A stretch of DNA of 64,000 nt from Mobula hypostoma (lineage: Eukaryota): the NCBI RefSeq assembly GCF_963921235.1, contig NC_086109.1, forward strand, positions 4,404,001-4,468,000, read 5' to 3'. The number at the start of each line of letters is the position of its first letter. Position 1 is the first letter of the stretch. The notes below the pieces were generated by a model, which made no database searches, was not told the DNA's origin, and saw only the letters and a list, made by a program, of their open reading frames with translations. The position numbers and the translations under genes were made by a program. Of the stretch, positions 25,600-38,839 are shown piece after piece.

Positions 25600-26800
25600 T
25601 GAGGTTTGGGAGTGGGGAAGGAACGCCTCGCGTTAAAAAACGGAGTTTGTCATTTTAAAGTTTCGACGGCAAATGGGGATTTGACAACCATCGGGCAAAG
25701 TATGGGTGCTTCGGGGTTGTGGAGCCGGAGATCGGAGGCTGTTGCCGAAATTGCGGGATTCTGTGGGTGGCGGGGTCTGGGGGCAAGGAGAGGCCGGCGG
25801 TGTCACGGGCCGCAGTAAACCCGGCCAGGGTAGGCTCACAGGGAGAGTCTGGGCCGGTGAAGGGAGACTGGGGAACGCGGGAGCGGTGAACGGTGAACCG
25901 GGGCACCAATGATCACTAAACGGTGACCCTGCTTGCTGAATGGGGAGCGTAACTGAGGAACGATTATCGGTAAATGTGGGAACCGGTGAACAGTTGATTG
26001 GTGAACTGTGACGGGGGAGTCGGTGAACGGGAGACCGGTGATCGATAAACCATGCATGGGGAACGGGCAGAGACCAGTGAACAGGAGACCGGGAAACGGG
26101 GTTCGCTAGTTTCCAAGCCGCCTTCTGTAGACAGGAGCACGGGTACCGTTAAGCGCCAGATCCGCCCAAGTGCGCTGTCCGGTGCGTGTGGAGCGGACCT
26201 TTCCCCCGCTCACTGATTCGCCGCGGGCCAGCCCGGGGAGACTTGGACATATATAGGCTGAGGTGCGGGGCAGCTCACGTACATTCGGCGGCTGTTCCCT
26301 GTACCGATTCCATGGCGTGGGCTTCGTTCTTCGTCCTGTTGGCAGCATCGGTGTCGGCTCGAGTGACAACGCGGTCGGCGGGTAAGCGGCGGGGACGCAC
26401 GGGAGCCGCTCCCGGGGGTGCGGAGCTTGGGTCCCGGGCGGACAAGAACAACCGCGAACGCCGGACCCCGGTGGCTTGTGTGCGTTAACGGGTCGGCGCC
26501 GTCTCCCTGGAGCTAAGAAACACGGGACCTGCCTGTGCGGGGGAAGGAGGAGCGAGCCCCGGTACCGGACAGGAAGATCCAGCCAGGGTACCAAGTGCCC
26601 ACCCCGACCCTAACCCGGCGGCAAGGCAGTTTTCTCGCAGTGGCGCCGGCATCCAGTCCCAAGTCCATGCGTCGGGAGAAAAGCGGGAGCGTGTCCCGGC
26701 CCGGAGAAGACCCTGCGCGAAGCCACTTCCAACCAGGAGCCGGTGGGAGGGAGCGTCCCGGTCAATGGAGCTTTCCAACAGGAGAGAGAGAACCCCCTGG
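25600..26800 (+). promoter_or_regulatory. CpG island / promoter of gene A, TATA-like element at 26250-26255
   Basis: Abrupt CpG- and GC-rich segment in CpG-poor surroundings, spanning exon 1. TATATA upstream of the ATG. Confidence 0.75.
26312..26381 (+). CDS. Gene A (secreted 2xCCP + coiled-coil, C4BP-like) exon 1: signal peptide MAWASFFVLLAASVSARVTTRSA
   Basis: ATG at 26312 in a CpG-rich region, ~60 nt after TATATA. Hydrophobic leader with a VSA-like cleavage motif. Phase-1 donor G|GTAAG at 26382. Confidence 0.88.
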
Positions 26801-27089
26801 GCCAGTGAGAGGGGGAAACTCCCAGCGAGAATGGGAACTTAGCAGCCAGAGAGGGAGTCCCTCCATCCGAGGAGAGGGGCAACTCCTCGGCGGGATGGAG
26901 TATCCGGTCAGTGGGGGAGTATTCCAGCCGGGGGAGATCCCACATAGAACCTCACAGAAAACAAAAGAGCATCCCAGCCAGTGGAGCCTTCCAGCAGGAT
27001 AGAGAGGGTGCCTGCCTGCCGGAGCAGTTAGCCGTCCATTGCCAGTTAACATGAAAATGGGTATTGCTGTCAAGCGGTCACTCCATGCC

Positions 27090-27752
27090 CCGTCACTATC
27101 CCCCACCGCCCCACACTATCCCTCACTATCCCACACCGCCCCACACTATCCCTCACTATCCCCCACCGCCCCACACTATCCCTCACTATACCCCACCGCC
27201 CGACACTATTCCTCACTATACCACACCGCCCGACACTATTCCTCACTATACCCCACCGCCCGACACTATCCCTCACTATACCCCACCGCCCCACACTATC
27301 CCTCACTATCCCCCACCGCCCCACACTATCCCTCACTATACCACACCGCCCGACACTATTCCTCACTATACCCCACCGCCCGACACTATCCCTCACTATA
27401 CCCCACCGCCCCACACTATTCCCCACTATCTCACACCGCCCCACATTATTCCCCACTATCCCTCACTATACCCCACCGCCCCACACCATTCCCCACTATC
27501 CCTCACTATACCCCACCGCCCCACACTATTCCCCACTATCTCACACCGCCCCACATTATTCCCCACTATCCCTCACTATACCCCACCGCCCCACACCATT
27601 CCCCACTATCCCTCACTATACCCCACCGCCCCACACCATTCCCCACTATCCCTCACTATACCCCACCGCCCCACACCATTCCCCACTATCCCTCACTATA
27701 CCCCACCACCCCACACTATTCCTCACTATCCCTCACTATACCCCACCACCCC
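27090..27752. repeat. Minisatellite (30-bp unit built from 10-bp subunits) in gene A intron 1
   Basis: Tandem ccccaccgccccacactatccctcactata and variants. Confidence 0.95.
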
Positions 27753-28298
27753 CCAGTACATTTCTGACCACAATGGCTGATTGGCACCTACTGCGATTTT
27801 GGTACCCGGAGGTGAGCATACCCGGACTGACACAGGACCCAGTGTGGAGGAGGGGTAAGTTTCAGGGAACCCAAAATAATTTGGTTCACTTAGATGTCAC
27901 AACTTTCTATATATTTTATCCATTTTATCAGAGCTTTAAATGATGGTTTGATTACTTCAATCGTTACTTTAAATTTTACTGCTTGCTGACTGCAAAAGAT
28001 GTTAAGAAACACGTTGATCTTTGACAGTCAGCTGAGTTAGAGTGCGACTAAGCTGACTGTCATTTTCTGCAGCAGTCTTGGCATGACACTCATCCTGGCT
28101 GTCCATGCAATGACATTTATGCCAGGATAGGGAAACTGCTCAAAGGACATTCTCACCATTCTCACAGGATATCCATGGGCCAGGGAACGGTGGAACAGGT
28201 GGCTGTCCCCAGACTCTGGGCCAATCAATCTGGAAAGATTGTTGTTCCTGCATTTGCAAACCACCAGCTTAAATGTGGTGTTTTTTACTTTCCCCAAG

Positions 28299-28490
28299 AT
28301 GAGTGTGGCAATCCTCCACACCTGGAGAACGGATCACCCACTGCGCAGTTCCTTTCTTCGACGTCTTTTCCCGTGGGTACCACTGTGTTGTATCATTGCC
28401 ACCCTGGTTATGTCCTCCAGCAAGGAAGCTCAGATTCGGTCAGCTGTGCGGAGGGTTTAACCTGGACTCCACTGGATGCCACTTGTGAGC
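28299..28490 (+). CDS. Gene A exon 2: complete CCP/sushi module 1 (DECGNPPHLENG...FPVGTTVLYHCHPGY...SVSCAEGLTWTPLDATCE)
   Basis: Acceptor ttttttactttccccaag, donor C|GTAAGT. 192 nt, phase 1-1. Four Cys plus the conserved Trp, Gly and Pro of the CCP consensus. Confidence 0.95.
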
Positions 28491-29539
28491 GTAAGTCACA
28501 GACGTAGAGTCACAAAGTGCTACAGCACAGAAACAGGCCCTTCAGCCTATCTAGCCCGTGCTGAACTGTTATTCTGCCTGGTCCCCTTGACCCTCACCTG
28601 GACAATAGCCCTCCGTGCCCCTCCCATCTTTAACCAAACTTCTCTTAAAGATTGCAATGAAACACATATCCACCACTTCCTCATTCCACTTTCTCGCCAC
28701 CCTCTCAGTGAAGTTTCCCCTTAAATATTTCACCTTTCACCCTTAACCCATGACCTTTAATTCTAGTCTCACTCAACCTCAGTAGAAAAAGCTAGTTTGC
28801 ATTCACCCCATCTATACCCCTCACAATTTTGTATCATCATTGTCAATATGCACGACTTTGGTAATCAAGGTCTATCCATGACAATAATTGTTCTTGGCAA
28901 ATTTTTCTACAGACGTGGTTTTCCATTGCCTTCTTCTGGGCAGTGCTTTTACAAGATGGGCGACCCCAGCCATTATCAATACTCTTCAGAGATTCTCTGC
29001 CTGGCATCAGTGGTCACAAAACCAGGACTAGTGATATCCACAACTGTTCCCATGACTTCTCGTGAGCCTATAGCAAAGCAGGTGCTACACTTTGCCCAAG
29101 GCTAGCTGAGGAAAGGAGCACCTTACACCTCCCTTGGTAGAGAAGTATCCCCATCACGCCAACCTCAATCAATTTTGTGTACCTCTATCAAATTCACCCC
29201 TCATTCACCTATGCTCAAGGGAGTAAAGTCCTAACCGATTCAACCTTTCCCTGATCAGGGTATCATCCTGCCAACCTTATGCACATTCCTTCCCCAGGGA
29301 CAGCTTAGTCAGAACAGGGATCCTTCTGCAAATACAATCAGCTGCACTTCAGTATATATGTGATCACAACAGAAGACGGTTAGCTCTTCAATTCTGACTC
29401 TACCACACGGAGCTGGAGGATTGTATCATTCAGTGGTCACCAGGACTTCCAGGTAGGCGATTAGGCATTGATAGGCTCCTTCACATACACTTACTCACAC
29501 ATTCTGTGGCTATATTCAAAGCTCTGTCAATTTTATTCT

Positions 29540-30265
29540 CAGAGTGCATATATGTCACCATATACAACCCTGAGATTCATTTTCCTGTGGGTATACTCAG
29601 CAAATCTATAGAATACTAAATATACCAGGATCAATGAAAGACCAGCATGCAGAAGACAACAAACTGTGCAAATGCAAATATAAATAAATAACAAGAACTT
29701 GAGGTAATGAGATAAAGAGTCCTTGAAAGTGAAATCATTAGTTGTGGGAACATCTCAGTGGATGGGCAGGTGAGTGTATCTCTGCCCTTTTGTTCAACAG
29801 TCTGATGGTTGAAGGGCAGTAACTGTTCTTTAACCCAGTGGTGTGAGACCCGAGGTTCTTGTACCTTCGACCTGATAGCAGCAGCATGAAAAGAGCATGG
29901 CCTGGGTGGTGAGGATCTCCAATGATGGACGCTGCTTTCCAAGAGAGTGTTTCACGTAGATGTGCTCAATGGTTGGGAGGATTTTACCTGTGATTTACTG
30001 GGCCAAATCCAATACCTTTTGAAGATTTTCTGTTCAAAGACGTTGGTGTTCCCATACCAGGCTGTGATGCAGCCAGTCAAAATACTTTCCACGACACATC
30101 TGTAGAAGTTTGTCAAAGTTTCTGATATCATGCCAGATCTCCTCAGACTCCAGAGGAAGTCGTGACCCTGCCATGCTTTCTCCACAGTTGTGCTTGCATG
30201 CTGGGCCCAGGTCAGGTCCTTTGAAATAGTAACACCCAGCAGTTTAAAATTCCTGATCCTCTCCC
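29540..30265 (-). mobile_element. Rex1/Babar-type LINE 3' part
   Basis: LTNFYRCVVESILTGCITAWYGN. Confidence 0.8.
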
Positions 30266-31584
30266 ATGTTAAATCTTACTGAGCTGTTACAATGTTGATT
30301 ATTGACAATGAACACAGAGCAGGTCAGCTCAGGAACAGGCTCTTCAACTCACAATGTCAATGCCAAATTAAACCAAATCTCGTCTGCCTGTATGTGATCC
30401 ACACCCTTCCATTCCCTGCACATTCACGTGTCTATCATACACCATTATCAGATCTACCTCCACCATTCCAGACACCGACCACCCCCCGTAAAAGAAACTT
30501 GTCCCCCACATTTCTTTTAATCTTTCGTCCTCTCATCTTAAATGTGTACCCTCTCGTATTACACATTTCAACCTGGGAAACAGAAACAGTTGTCTACCCT
30601 ATCTTTGCTTCTCATGATTTTATAAACTTCTATCCGGTCTCCCCTCCAATTCTCCAGAGAAAACAACACAAGTTTGTCCAACCTTCCCTCATGTCTCATA
30701 TCCTCTTATCCAGGCAGTATCCTGGTCAACCTCTTCTGCACCCTCTCCAAAGCCGCCACGGCCTTCCTGTCCTCCACAAAGTAGCTCAAATGCAGCATTT
30801 CCAAAGGTTTATCAGAAGAATTTTTTTGAAAGAAAATTCTCATGGGAGAGATGGCTCCCCAAACTAGGAGGTTGTCAAGGAGCAGAGTCTCAAGATAAAG
30901 GGGTGGGGGTTTAGCCAGTGAGGACAGTGACATGATAGGCATCTACCTGAGGCTGTGGAGGACTAGGCACAGCATATTTAATGCAGAAATTGATAGATTT
31001 TTGGATATTAGGGAAATCATGGATTTGGGATTAGTGCAGCAAAGTGGTACTGAGATAACATGTACATCAAAAACACAGTGAGAAGTGTTTGCATCAATGA
31101 CCAACGCAGCCCGAACATGTCGCCATGCTTCCAGCACCAACATATGTAGCATGACCACAACTTGGTAACTCTAAGCCAGACACCTTTGGACATTGGCAGG
31201 AAATGGAGCACCCAGAGGAAACCCACGCAGTCACAGGGAGAACGTACAAACTCCTTACAGGTAGTGGCAGGAATTGAATCCTGATTGCTGGTACTGTAAA
31301 GCCTTGTGCTAACCACTGTGCCACCGTGCCAATAACATGATCTTACAGAACAGCAGAGCAGCATTGGCCAAATGGCTTGCTCATATTTACTTAGCAGTGC
31401 GGAGGAATAGCATCATCTTGGGATCCACATCCGTAGATCTCTCAAAATTGCAGCGCAGGTTGTCAAGGTGATTAAGAAGGTAGACAGTGCATTGACCTTC
31501 ATTAGTTAAAGAACTGAGCTCAACAGCCATGAGGTAATGACACTACTCTACAAAACCCTGGTTAGAGCACATTTGGAGTATCTG

Positions 31585-32158
31585 TGCTCCCGATGCGGCC
31601 TCCTCTGCATTGGTGAGACCCATCGTAAATTGGGGGACCACGTCGTCAAGCACCTCCACTCCATCCGCCACAAGTGAAACTTCCCAGAGGCCAAACATTT
31701 TAATTCTGATTCCCATTCCCGTTCTGAAATGTCAGTCCATGGCCTCCTTTTGTGCACCTCAGGGTGGAGGAGTAACACCTTATATTCTGTCTGGGTAGTC
31801 TGCAACCTGATGGCACAAATATCAGTTTCTCCTTCCAGTAAAACCTCTCCTCACCTACTTATAACTTACCCCTGGGGTCCCCTCCTCCTTCCCTTCTCCT
31901 ATAGTCCACGCTTTTCTCCTATCAGATTCCTTCTCCAGCCCTGGACCTATCCTACTCACCTGGCTTCACCTGTCACTTTCTAGCTATCCTCCTTCACCAC
32001 CACCCCCCCCCCACCCCCACCCAGCTTTTTATTCTGGCATTTTCACCCTTCTTTCTCAGTCCTAAAGAAGGGTCTGAGCCCAAGACGTTGACTGTTTATT
32101 CATTTCCATAGATGTTGCCTGACCTGCTGAGTTCCTCCAGCATTTTGTATGTGTTGCC
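31585..32158 (+). mobile_element. Penelope fragment nested in a CR1 fragment
   Basis: GIY-YIG-end sequence (MSVHGLL) plus pLTR tail. CR1 sequence resumes at ~32159 (ECCVEFWLPH). Confidence 0.75.
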
Positions 32159-32566
32159 TTGGAATGTTGTGTTGAGTTCTGGTTGCCTCATGAGGGTAAG
32201 GATGTGGAAGCTGTAGAAAGGATGCAGAGGAGGTTTACCGGGATGCTGCCTGGATTAGAGAGCATGTCTTATGAGGACAGGGTGAGCAAGCTAGGGCCTT
32301 TCTCTTTGTTGCAATGGAGGATGAAGGACAACCTGATAGAGCTGTACATGATGATAAGCATAGATCAAGTGGATAGCCAAAGATCTTTCTCCCCCCCACC
32401 CCCGGACGGAAATGGCTAATATGAGGGAGTATAATTTTAAGGTGATTAGAGGAAAGTATAGGTAGGCTTTTTACAGAGAGTGGTGGGTGTGTCGAACACA
32501 ATGCTAGAATTGATGGCAGAGTCAGGTATATAAGGGGCACTTTAGACACTCTGAGATAGGGAATTA

Positions 32567-32979
32567 CAGTACTGTGTATGTCTTAGCCAGATGTAAAAAA
32601 ACTTGGTAAAGCAAAGATGCTTTCAAAAATAATGAAATGAAAAGTTTCTAAATATCAAAAAATGCTATAAAGAGCAGTAAACAGTAAAAAAAAATCAAAT
32701 CAATATTTGGTGTGACCAGCATTTGGCTTTAAAACTGCACCAATTCTCTTAGATACACTGCCGTGCAGTTTTATAAGAAAGCCGGCTAAAAGATTTTTCC
32801 AAGCATCTTGGAGAACTTGCCACAGTTCTTCTGCAGACTTTGGCTGTCTCACTTGCTTCTGTCTCTCCAGGTAATTGCAGACAGCCTCGATGATGTTGAG
32901 ATCAGGGCTCGGCAGAGGCCAAATCACCTGAAACCATTTTACAAAAATCTGGGGTGCCTCAGATTTTTGCACAGTTCTG
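32567..32979 (-). mobile_element. Tc1/mariner internal-deletion derivative
   Basis: WPLPSPDLNIIEAV...GHTKY transposase C-terminus between degenerate TIRs (cagtactgtg... / ...gcacagttctg). Confidence 0.85.
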
Positions 32980-34244
32980 TGATTGACAGAAAAATGGAGG
33001 GTAATGTAAGAGGGAGGGGTTAGATTGATCTTACGTAGGTTAAAAGGTTGGTCCAATATTGGGGGCTGAAGAACCTGTAATATGCTGTACTGTTCTATGT
33101 TGTGTACAGTTTTTGTTTGACAGTAAGATCTGACCTGCTCAGTGCGCTTGGATGTAAAATCCAGCTCAATGTCAGCAGCAGACAAGAAACCTAATAATGG
33201 AAGACAAGTGTAGCATTTCCAAAGGGAACCAGTGGGTACAGTATATTTAGAAAGGAAACACATGCAGGGCCTGAAGGGGAAAGCAGGGCCAGAGATCAAT
33301 CAAACAGCTGCTTCCAGGAGCTGCCAGGGCTTGGGAGCAGTCTGCAGACTCCTCTGATTGTCTTGTTCCAATCAACATACAAGGAGAGGTTTAAACCTCA
33401 GGTAAACCACCCCAGGTCTACTCACAGGCAGAGTAGACGTTAGCGTCAGAGAGTACAGTTTCAGTTCCAATGGTTTAGTTTAGATTTAATTAATTTCCTT
33501 TCACACACTGAGTAGATCCCGCACCTGGTGTGTCTTCCCCGCCACCTCCCCTGTAACCTCAGCCAGATTTGAAAGCTCACACTGCAAGATTCTTTGAATG
33601 CTTATAGCCAGCTCTGAGCAGTGCCTCAGATATCAAAGACACAGTGCATGCACTCTCCCTGTGCAATCTCCAGTTAAAGATTTGCTATTTCTCACAGTTA
33701 CATTGACATATCAAAAACATGGAGTGAAATGTGTCATTTGCGTCAACAACCAACAGTCCAAGCTGTGCTGGGAGCCAGGGCGTGCTTCCAACACCAACAC
33801 AGCAAGCACACTATTTGCTAACCCTAGCCCATACCTCTTCGGAGTGTGGGAGGAAACCAGAGCAATCTGAATAAACCAGAGCGCGATCACGGAGAGAATA
33901 TACAAACTCCTTACAGGCAGCAGCGGGAATTGAACCCCGATCGCTGGCATTGTAAAGTTTTACACCAGCTGCTATGCTGCTGTGACACCCTCATCCACCT
34001 CCTTCCCCGCTGGCAGCATCCTGCAGGCTTTCTCCTCACATTCATCCCACGCCATTTAAAAAAAATAGATGGACATGGAATAGATGCGGATGTCGGGGAA
34101 GGAAGAGTACGATTCTCAGTGGCATTTATTTTCATGTTTATTAGTTTTTATTTTATTTTTATGCTTGCATTTTATCCCATTGTAAAGCACACTAAAGCAT
34201 ATTGTCTGTATGAAGTGATCGATAAATAAGTTATTATTATTAAA

Positions 34245-34970
34245 AGACCATAAAACATAGCAGAATTAAGCCATTCAGCCCAACAAGCCCACTCCTCCAT
34301 TCCATCAGGGCTAATTAATCATCCTTCTCAACCCTATTCTCTTGCCTTCTCCCTGTAACAGTTGATGTCCTGACTAATCAAGAACCTATCATCCTCCGCT
34401 TTAAACCTACCCAATGACTTGGCCTCCACAACTACAGGTATCTGTGGCAATGAATTCCACAGACTCACCACCCTCTGGCTAAAGAAATTCCTCCTCATCT
34501 CTGTTCTAAATGGATGTCCCTCTATTCTGAGGCTGTATCCTCTGGTCCTGGACTCCCCTACTATAGGAAACATCCTTTTCACGTCCACTCTATCTAGGCC
34601 TTTTAATATTCAATAGTTTTCAATGAAATCCCCCCTCATTCTTCTACACACCAGCGAGTACAGGCCCAGGGTCATCAAACGCTCCTCATACATTAACTAT
34701 TTCATTCCAAGAATCATTCTTGTGAACCTCCTCTCCAATGTCAGCACATCTTTCCTTTGATGAGGGACGTAAAGCTGCTCACAATACTCAAGGTGAGATC
34801 TTATCAATGCCTTATAAAGCCCCAGCATTACATCTTGCTCTTGTATTCTCATCCTCTTGAAATGAATGCTACCGTTGCATCTGTTTTCCTTACCACTGGC
34901 TCAACTTGCAAGTTAACGTTTAGGGAATCCTCCACTTGGTCTCCCAAGTCCCTTTGTACCTCTAACTTCT
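34245..34970 (-). mobile_element. CR1/HER1 LINE 3' fragment
   Basis: FRTEMRRNFFSQRVVSLWNSLP. Confidence 0.85.
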
Positions 34971-35065
34971 GAATTAGCATTGTAGATAGTGAAGGAACAG
35001 ATAAAGATCTGACGGAAGGATGGACAGACCATTGCCCAAGGAATTTAATCCTGACAATTGATGGA

Positions 35066-35493
35066 CAGTACTGTGCAAAAGTCTTAGGCACATATGTATA
35101 GGTAGGGTGATGCAGTCAGCAAGATTGTAAATCTGGCGGGAGCAAAGGATGTTGGGAATGGTGAGGCTGGAGCGCCACCTGAGGGGTGTGGGACAGGTGG
35201 CAGAGAAGTGGTGCCAGGGGTTGGGGGGAGGGTGGTGTCAGAGCAGACCCACCCTGAGATACCAAGTAAGATAATTTGATTCCAAACAATTGGTTTATCA
35301 TTACAGAATGTCTTTCTGGTGCATCCCACTCCCTCCCCTCTCCCTTCCCCTTTTCCCAACTATGATTCCCCTCTCCCTGCTGTCTTCCCACACTCAGTCC
35401 ACAACAGAGACCCATATCAGAATCAGGTTTTTCAGCACTTGCATGTCATAAAGTATGTTTCTTTTTGTAGCCTAAGACTTCTGCACAGTACTG
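35066..35493. mobile_element. Tc1-family MITE (same TIR family as 32567-32979)
   Basis: cagtactgtgcaaaagtcttaggc ... gcctaagacttctgcacagtactg inverted termini. No transposase inside. Confidence 0.85.
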
Positions 35494-36041
35494 TATTTTG
35501 CAAAGTTATTGAGGACAGGGTAGTATGGTAGTGTAGTGGTTAGTGTAACGCTCTACTCCACAGCACCAGTGATCAGCAATCAGGATTCAATTCCCGCCAC
35601 TGTCTGTAAGAGGATTGTATGTTCTCCCTGTGACAACATGGGATTCCTCAGGGTGCTCCAGTTTCCTCTCACATCCCAAAGATACACAGCTTAGTGTCAG
35701 TAAATTGTGGACATGTTATAAGACCATAAAATATAGGAGCAGAGTTAGGCCATTCAGCCCATTGAGTCTGCTCCAATATTCTATCTCTGGACCCCCTGCA
35801 ATGCCAGCACATCTTTTAGAGAGCCTAAAACTGCTCACAACACCCTGTCCATTAAAGTATTGACTGTACTGCTGTGCCAGAACAACAAATGTCACATTTT
35901 TTCAGTGATAATAAACCTAATTCTAATTCTGTGTTGGATTTATGTAGGTCGGCCCAACATTGTGGACCAAAGGGCCTGTATAGTGCTGTACTCTTCTAAA
36001 AATCTTTTTGGTAATTGATAATTTTGCTTTTCACTGTCCAG

Positions 36042-36138
36042 GAGTTGACTGTGGTAATCCAGATGAGATTGAGAATGGAGCTTTTGTGGCTCCTTCTACT
36101 ACGTTTGGAAGTGTGGCTGTTTATCAGTGCAACGAAGG
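36042..36138 (+). CDS. Gene A exon 3: first half of split CCP module 2 (RVDCGNPDEIENGAFVAPSTTFGSVAVYQCNEG)
   Basis: Acceptor ttttcactgtccag, donor GG|GTGAGT. 97 nt, phase 1-2, split inside the Gly codon after C-x-x, as in RCA genes. Confidence 0.93.
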
Positions 36139-36439
36139 GTGAGTCTGTGCATATCCCTGAGTGAGACTGTTGACAAGGTGATGTTTCTGCTGATGCGCCT
36201 GCATCTACCTTGAGGACCAGGGAAGCGGGTTTACTGTCTCACCAACAGACTACAGTGGGTGATGCTGTTAAACACTGCGTAGTGTTATCAGGACACATTG
36301 TGAGGACAGACTCTGAGGTCCGTCACTGAGAGCAGGTGAATGTCTGAGAGTTTGCTGAGGGGTGGGGTGTGTTTCTCTTAATATCTAAATATAGATTGCA
36401 GTAGTGCGTACTAGCTACAAGATGAAATACAACAACACA

Positions 36440-36765
36440 CCAAAGTTCCTAAGGCAGCACCTCCCAGACCCATGACCTCTACCATTTAGAAGCACGAGAA
36501 CAACAGATACCTGGGAACACTGCCACTTGGAGATCCCTCTGCAAGTCACTCACCTTTCTGACTTGGAAACATATTGCATTTCCTTCATTGTTGCTTGGTC
36601 AAAATCATGGAATTCCCTCCCTAACAACACTGTGGGTGTACCTACAGCTTAGGGACTGCAGCAGTTCAAGAAGGCAGCTCATCACCACCTTCTTAAGGAC
36701 AACTAGGGATGAGTAATAAATGCTGGTTTAGCTGGTGACACCCACATCCCGTAAATGAATAAATT
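36440..36765 (+). mobile_element. 3' end of a further LINE/SINE family; relatives at ~54255-54470 (-) and ~19800-19925
   Basis: Shared tggaattccctccctaac...ttcaagaaggcagctca..aataaatgctgg tail. Confidence 0.6.
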
Positions 36766-37984
36766 TTTAAAAATCTAAATATAGAACATAGGGTAGCATG
36801 TTGTACCTACTCTATGATCAAACTAACATCAGTCTTTGCATGATTATACTGATTCCACATCCTTCTGGGGAGAGATCCCCAATAATTCTCCAACCCTGGA
36901 TAAAGACCGTTCTCCACATCTCACATCTGAACAGATGACCCTTTATTTGAGTCTGCGATCCCTGCTGCCAGGTTACTCACCTGGAGGAGCCAGAAACCCC
37001 CCCACCTACCCATGAAGAGTTTACAATACTTTAATGCTGACACCTGGAACTGCACTAGCTCAAGGAGGGTGGTGAAGGCGGCGTGCGGTGTGTTGGCCTT
37101 CATTATAGATAGATAGATAGATATACTTTATTAATCCCGAGGGAAATTTGGTTTTGTTACAGCCGCACCAACCAAGAATGGAGTGTAAATATAGCAATAC
37201 AAAAACCACAAACAATCAAACAACAAAATGCAAACTATGCCATATGGAAAATAAGTCCAGGACCAGTCTATTGGCTCAGGATGTCTGACCCTCCACGGGA
37301 GGAGCTGCACATTCGATGGCCACAGGCAGGAACAACCTCCCGTGCTGCCAAGTGTTGTATCAAGGTGGATTAGTCAGGAGATTGGAGTTCAAAAGTCGTG
37401 AGGCAATGTTACAGCTCTATAAAATCCTGATTAGAACACACTTGGAATATCGTGTTCAGCTCTGATCACCTCATTATAAGAAGGATGTGGAAGCTTTAGA
37501 GAGGATGCAGAGGAGATTTACCAGAATGCTGCCCAGATTAGAGAGCATTGTCTTATAAAGGTTAGATAGAGCGAGTAGGGCTTTTCACTTTGGATTGAAG
37601 GAGGATGAGAGGTGACTTGATAGAGATGTACAAGATGATAAGAGGCATAAATTGAGTGGACTGCCAGGCTGGAAATAGCTGAGATGATAGAGTATATGAG
37701 GGGATAGGAGAAAAGTGAAGGGGAGAATGTCAGAAGTAAGTTTTTTTTATATACAGAGAGTGGTGGGTGCATGGAACACCCTGCCAGGGGTTCATGGTAG
37801 AGCCAGATATATTAGGGGCATTTAAGAAATTCTTAGATTGGCACATGGATGATAGAAAAATAGAGGGCCATGTGGGTTGGAAGGGTTAGATTGATCTGGG
37901 TGTAGTTTAAAAGGTCAGGACAATATGGGCCAAAGGTCTTGTATCGTGCTGTAGTATTCTATGTTCTATGTTCTAAGGAGGGTA

Positions 37985-38385
37985 CTTCACGAGTGTGCCC
38001 ATTATGCTGCTGGCATTTAAGGCAGAAATGTAGGTCCTCCATCTCTGACAGTGTTCAGGGCTTCCTTCGTTATGTCAGTAGCTTCCACTCGGTTTTCACT
38101 GCCAGTCGTGCAAGTCCCAGCTGGAGGCTCAAGAATACCATCGCACTCAGACGTAGAAGGATTCTTCATTGATGTTTCAGAACAGTTTTGTTTGACCAGT
38201 CAGGGTTATTAGCCCTGAGCTGAACCCCCAAACCTGGAGGACCGGTGGATCACTCTTAGTCGGGCCTCTACCTTCAACCTGTTTGGCATGGGTGACCCTA
38301 CCAAGAACCAAGGCACAAAGCCCTGACTCCAGCCAAACTAGCCTCCAAACCCTACAATAAGGCTGTAGTCCTCTTGGAGGAAGAA
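37985..38385 (-). mobile_element. RTE-derived bipartite short element
   Basis: On -, RTE-like 5' motifs (ggtagggtcacccatgcc...gttcagctcagggctaataaccctg) joined to an RTE-like 3' end. Confidence 0.55.
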
Positions 38386-38582
38386 GGGAGCTTGCTTACC
38401 TTCTAATTTGAGATTTGCAGCAAATGTAGTTTTTTTTTATTAATTGCTAAATGTCCAAGAGGGGAATGAAGAACCCTGCAAAGCCACTAGAGACAGAGTT
38501 AGAGTTGTTAGCTGGACCCATGGCAATTTACTCCAGGAGCCCATGTCTGGAAGAGTTTTTCTCCAATCTTGGCAATCCATTA

Positions 38583-38839
38583 CCATGCAAGGAGACATAA
38601 TCAGTGCGCTCATCACTTGTGGTGTGTCCTCCGAATGATTGGCCTTTATATACTTATCAATTAGTTGATTGATCATCACTATAGAAACTCAATTGTGATG
38701 TTGCAACAAGACCCCTCCCTACATCACAATTCAGTTTCCCTGATGACGACCAATCAGCTGATTGATGAGTAATAAAAGGCCAAGCATTTGGAGGACATAC
38801 TACAAATGAACAGCACACTGATTATGTCTCCTTGCATGG
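38583..38839. repeat. Long imperfect inverted repeat (~120-bp arms, 19-nt loop), MITE-like
   Basis: ccatgcaaggagacataatcagtg...aattgtgatgt and acatcacaatt...cactgattatgtctccttgcatgg. Confidence 0.85.

Noticed and set aside
27039..27780. 242/238-aa repetitive ORFs; CRISPR-like periodicity
   Set aside because: Head-to-tail minisatellite with no unique spacers, no cas genes and a eukaryotic context.
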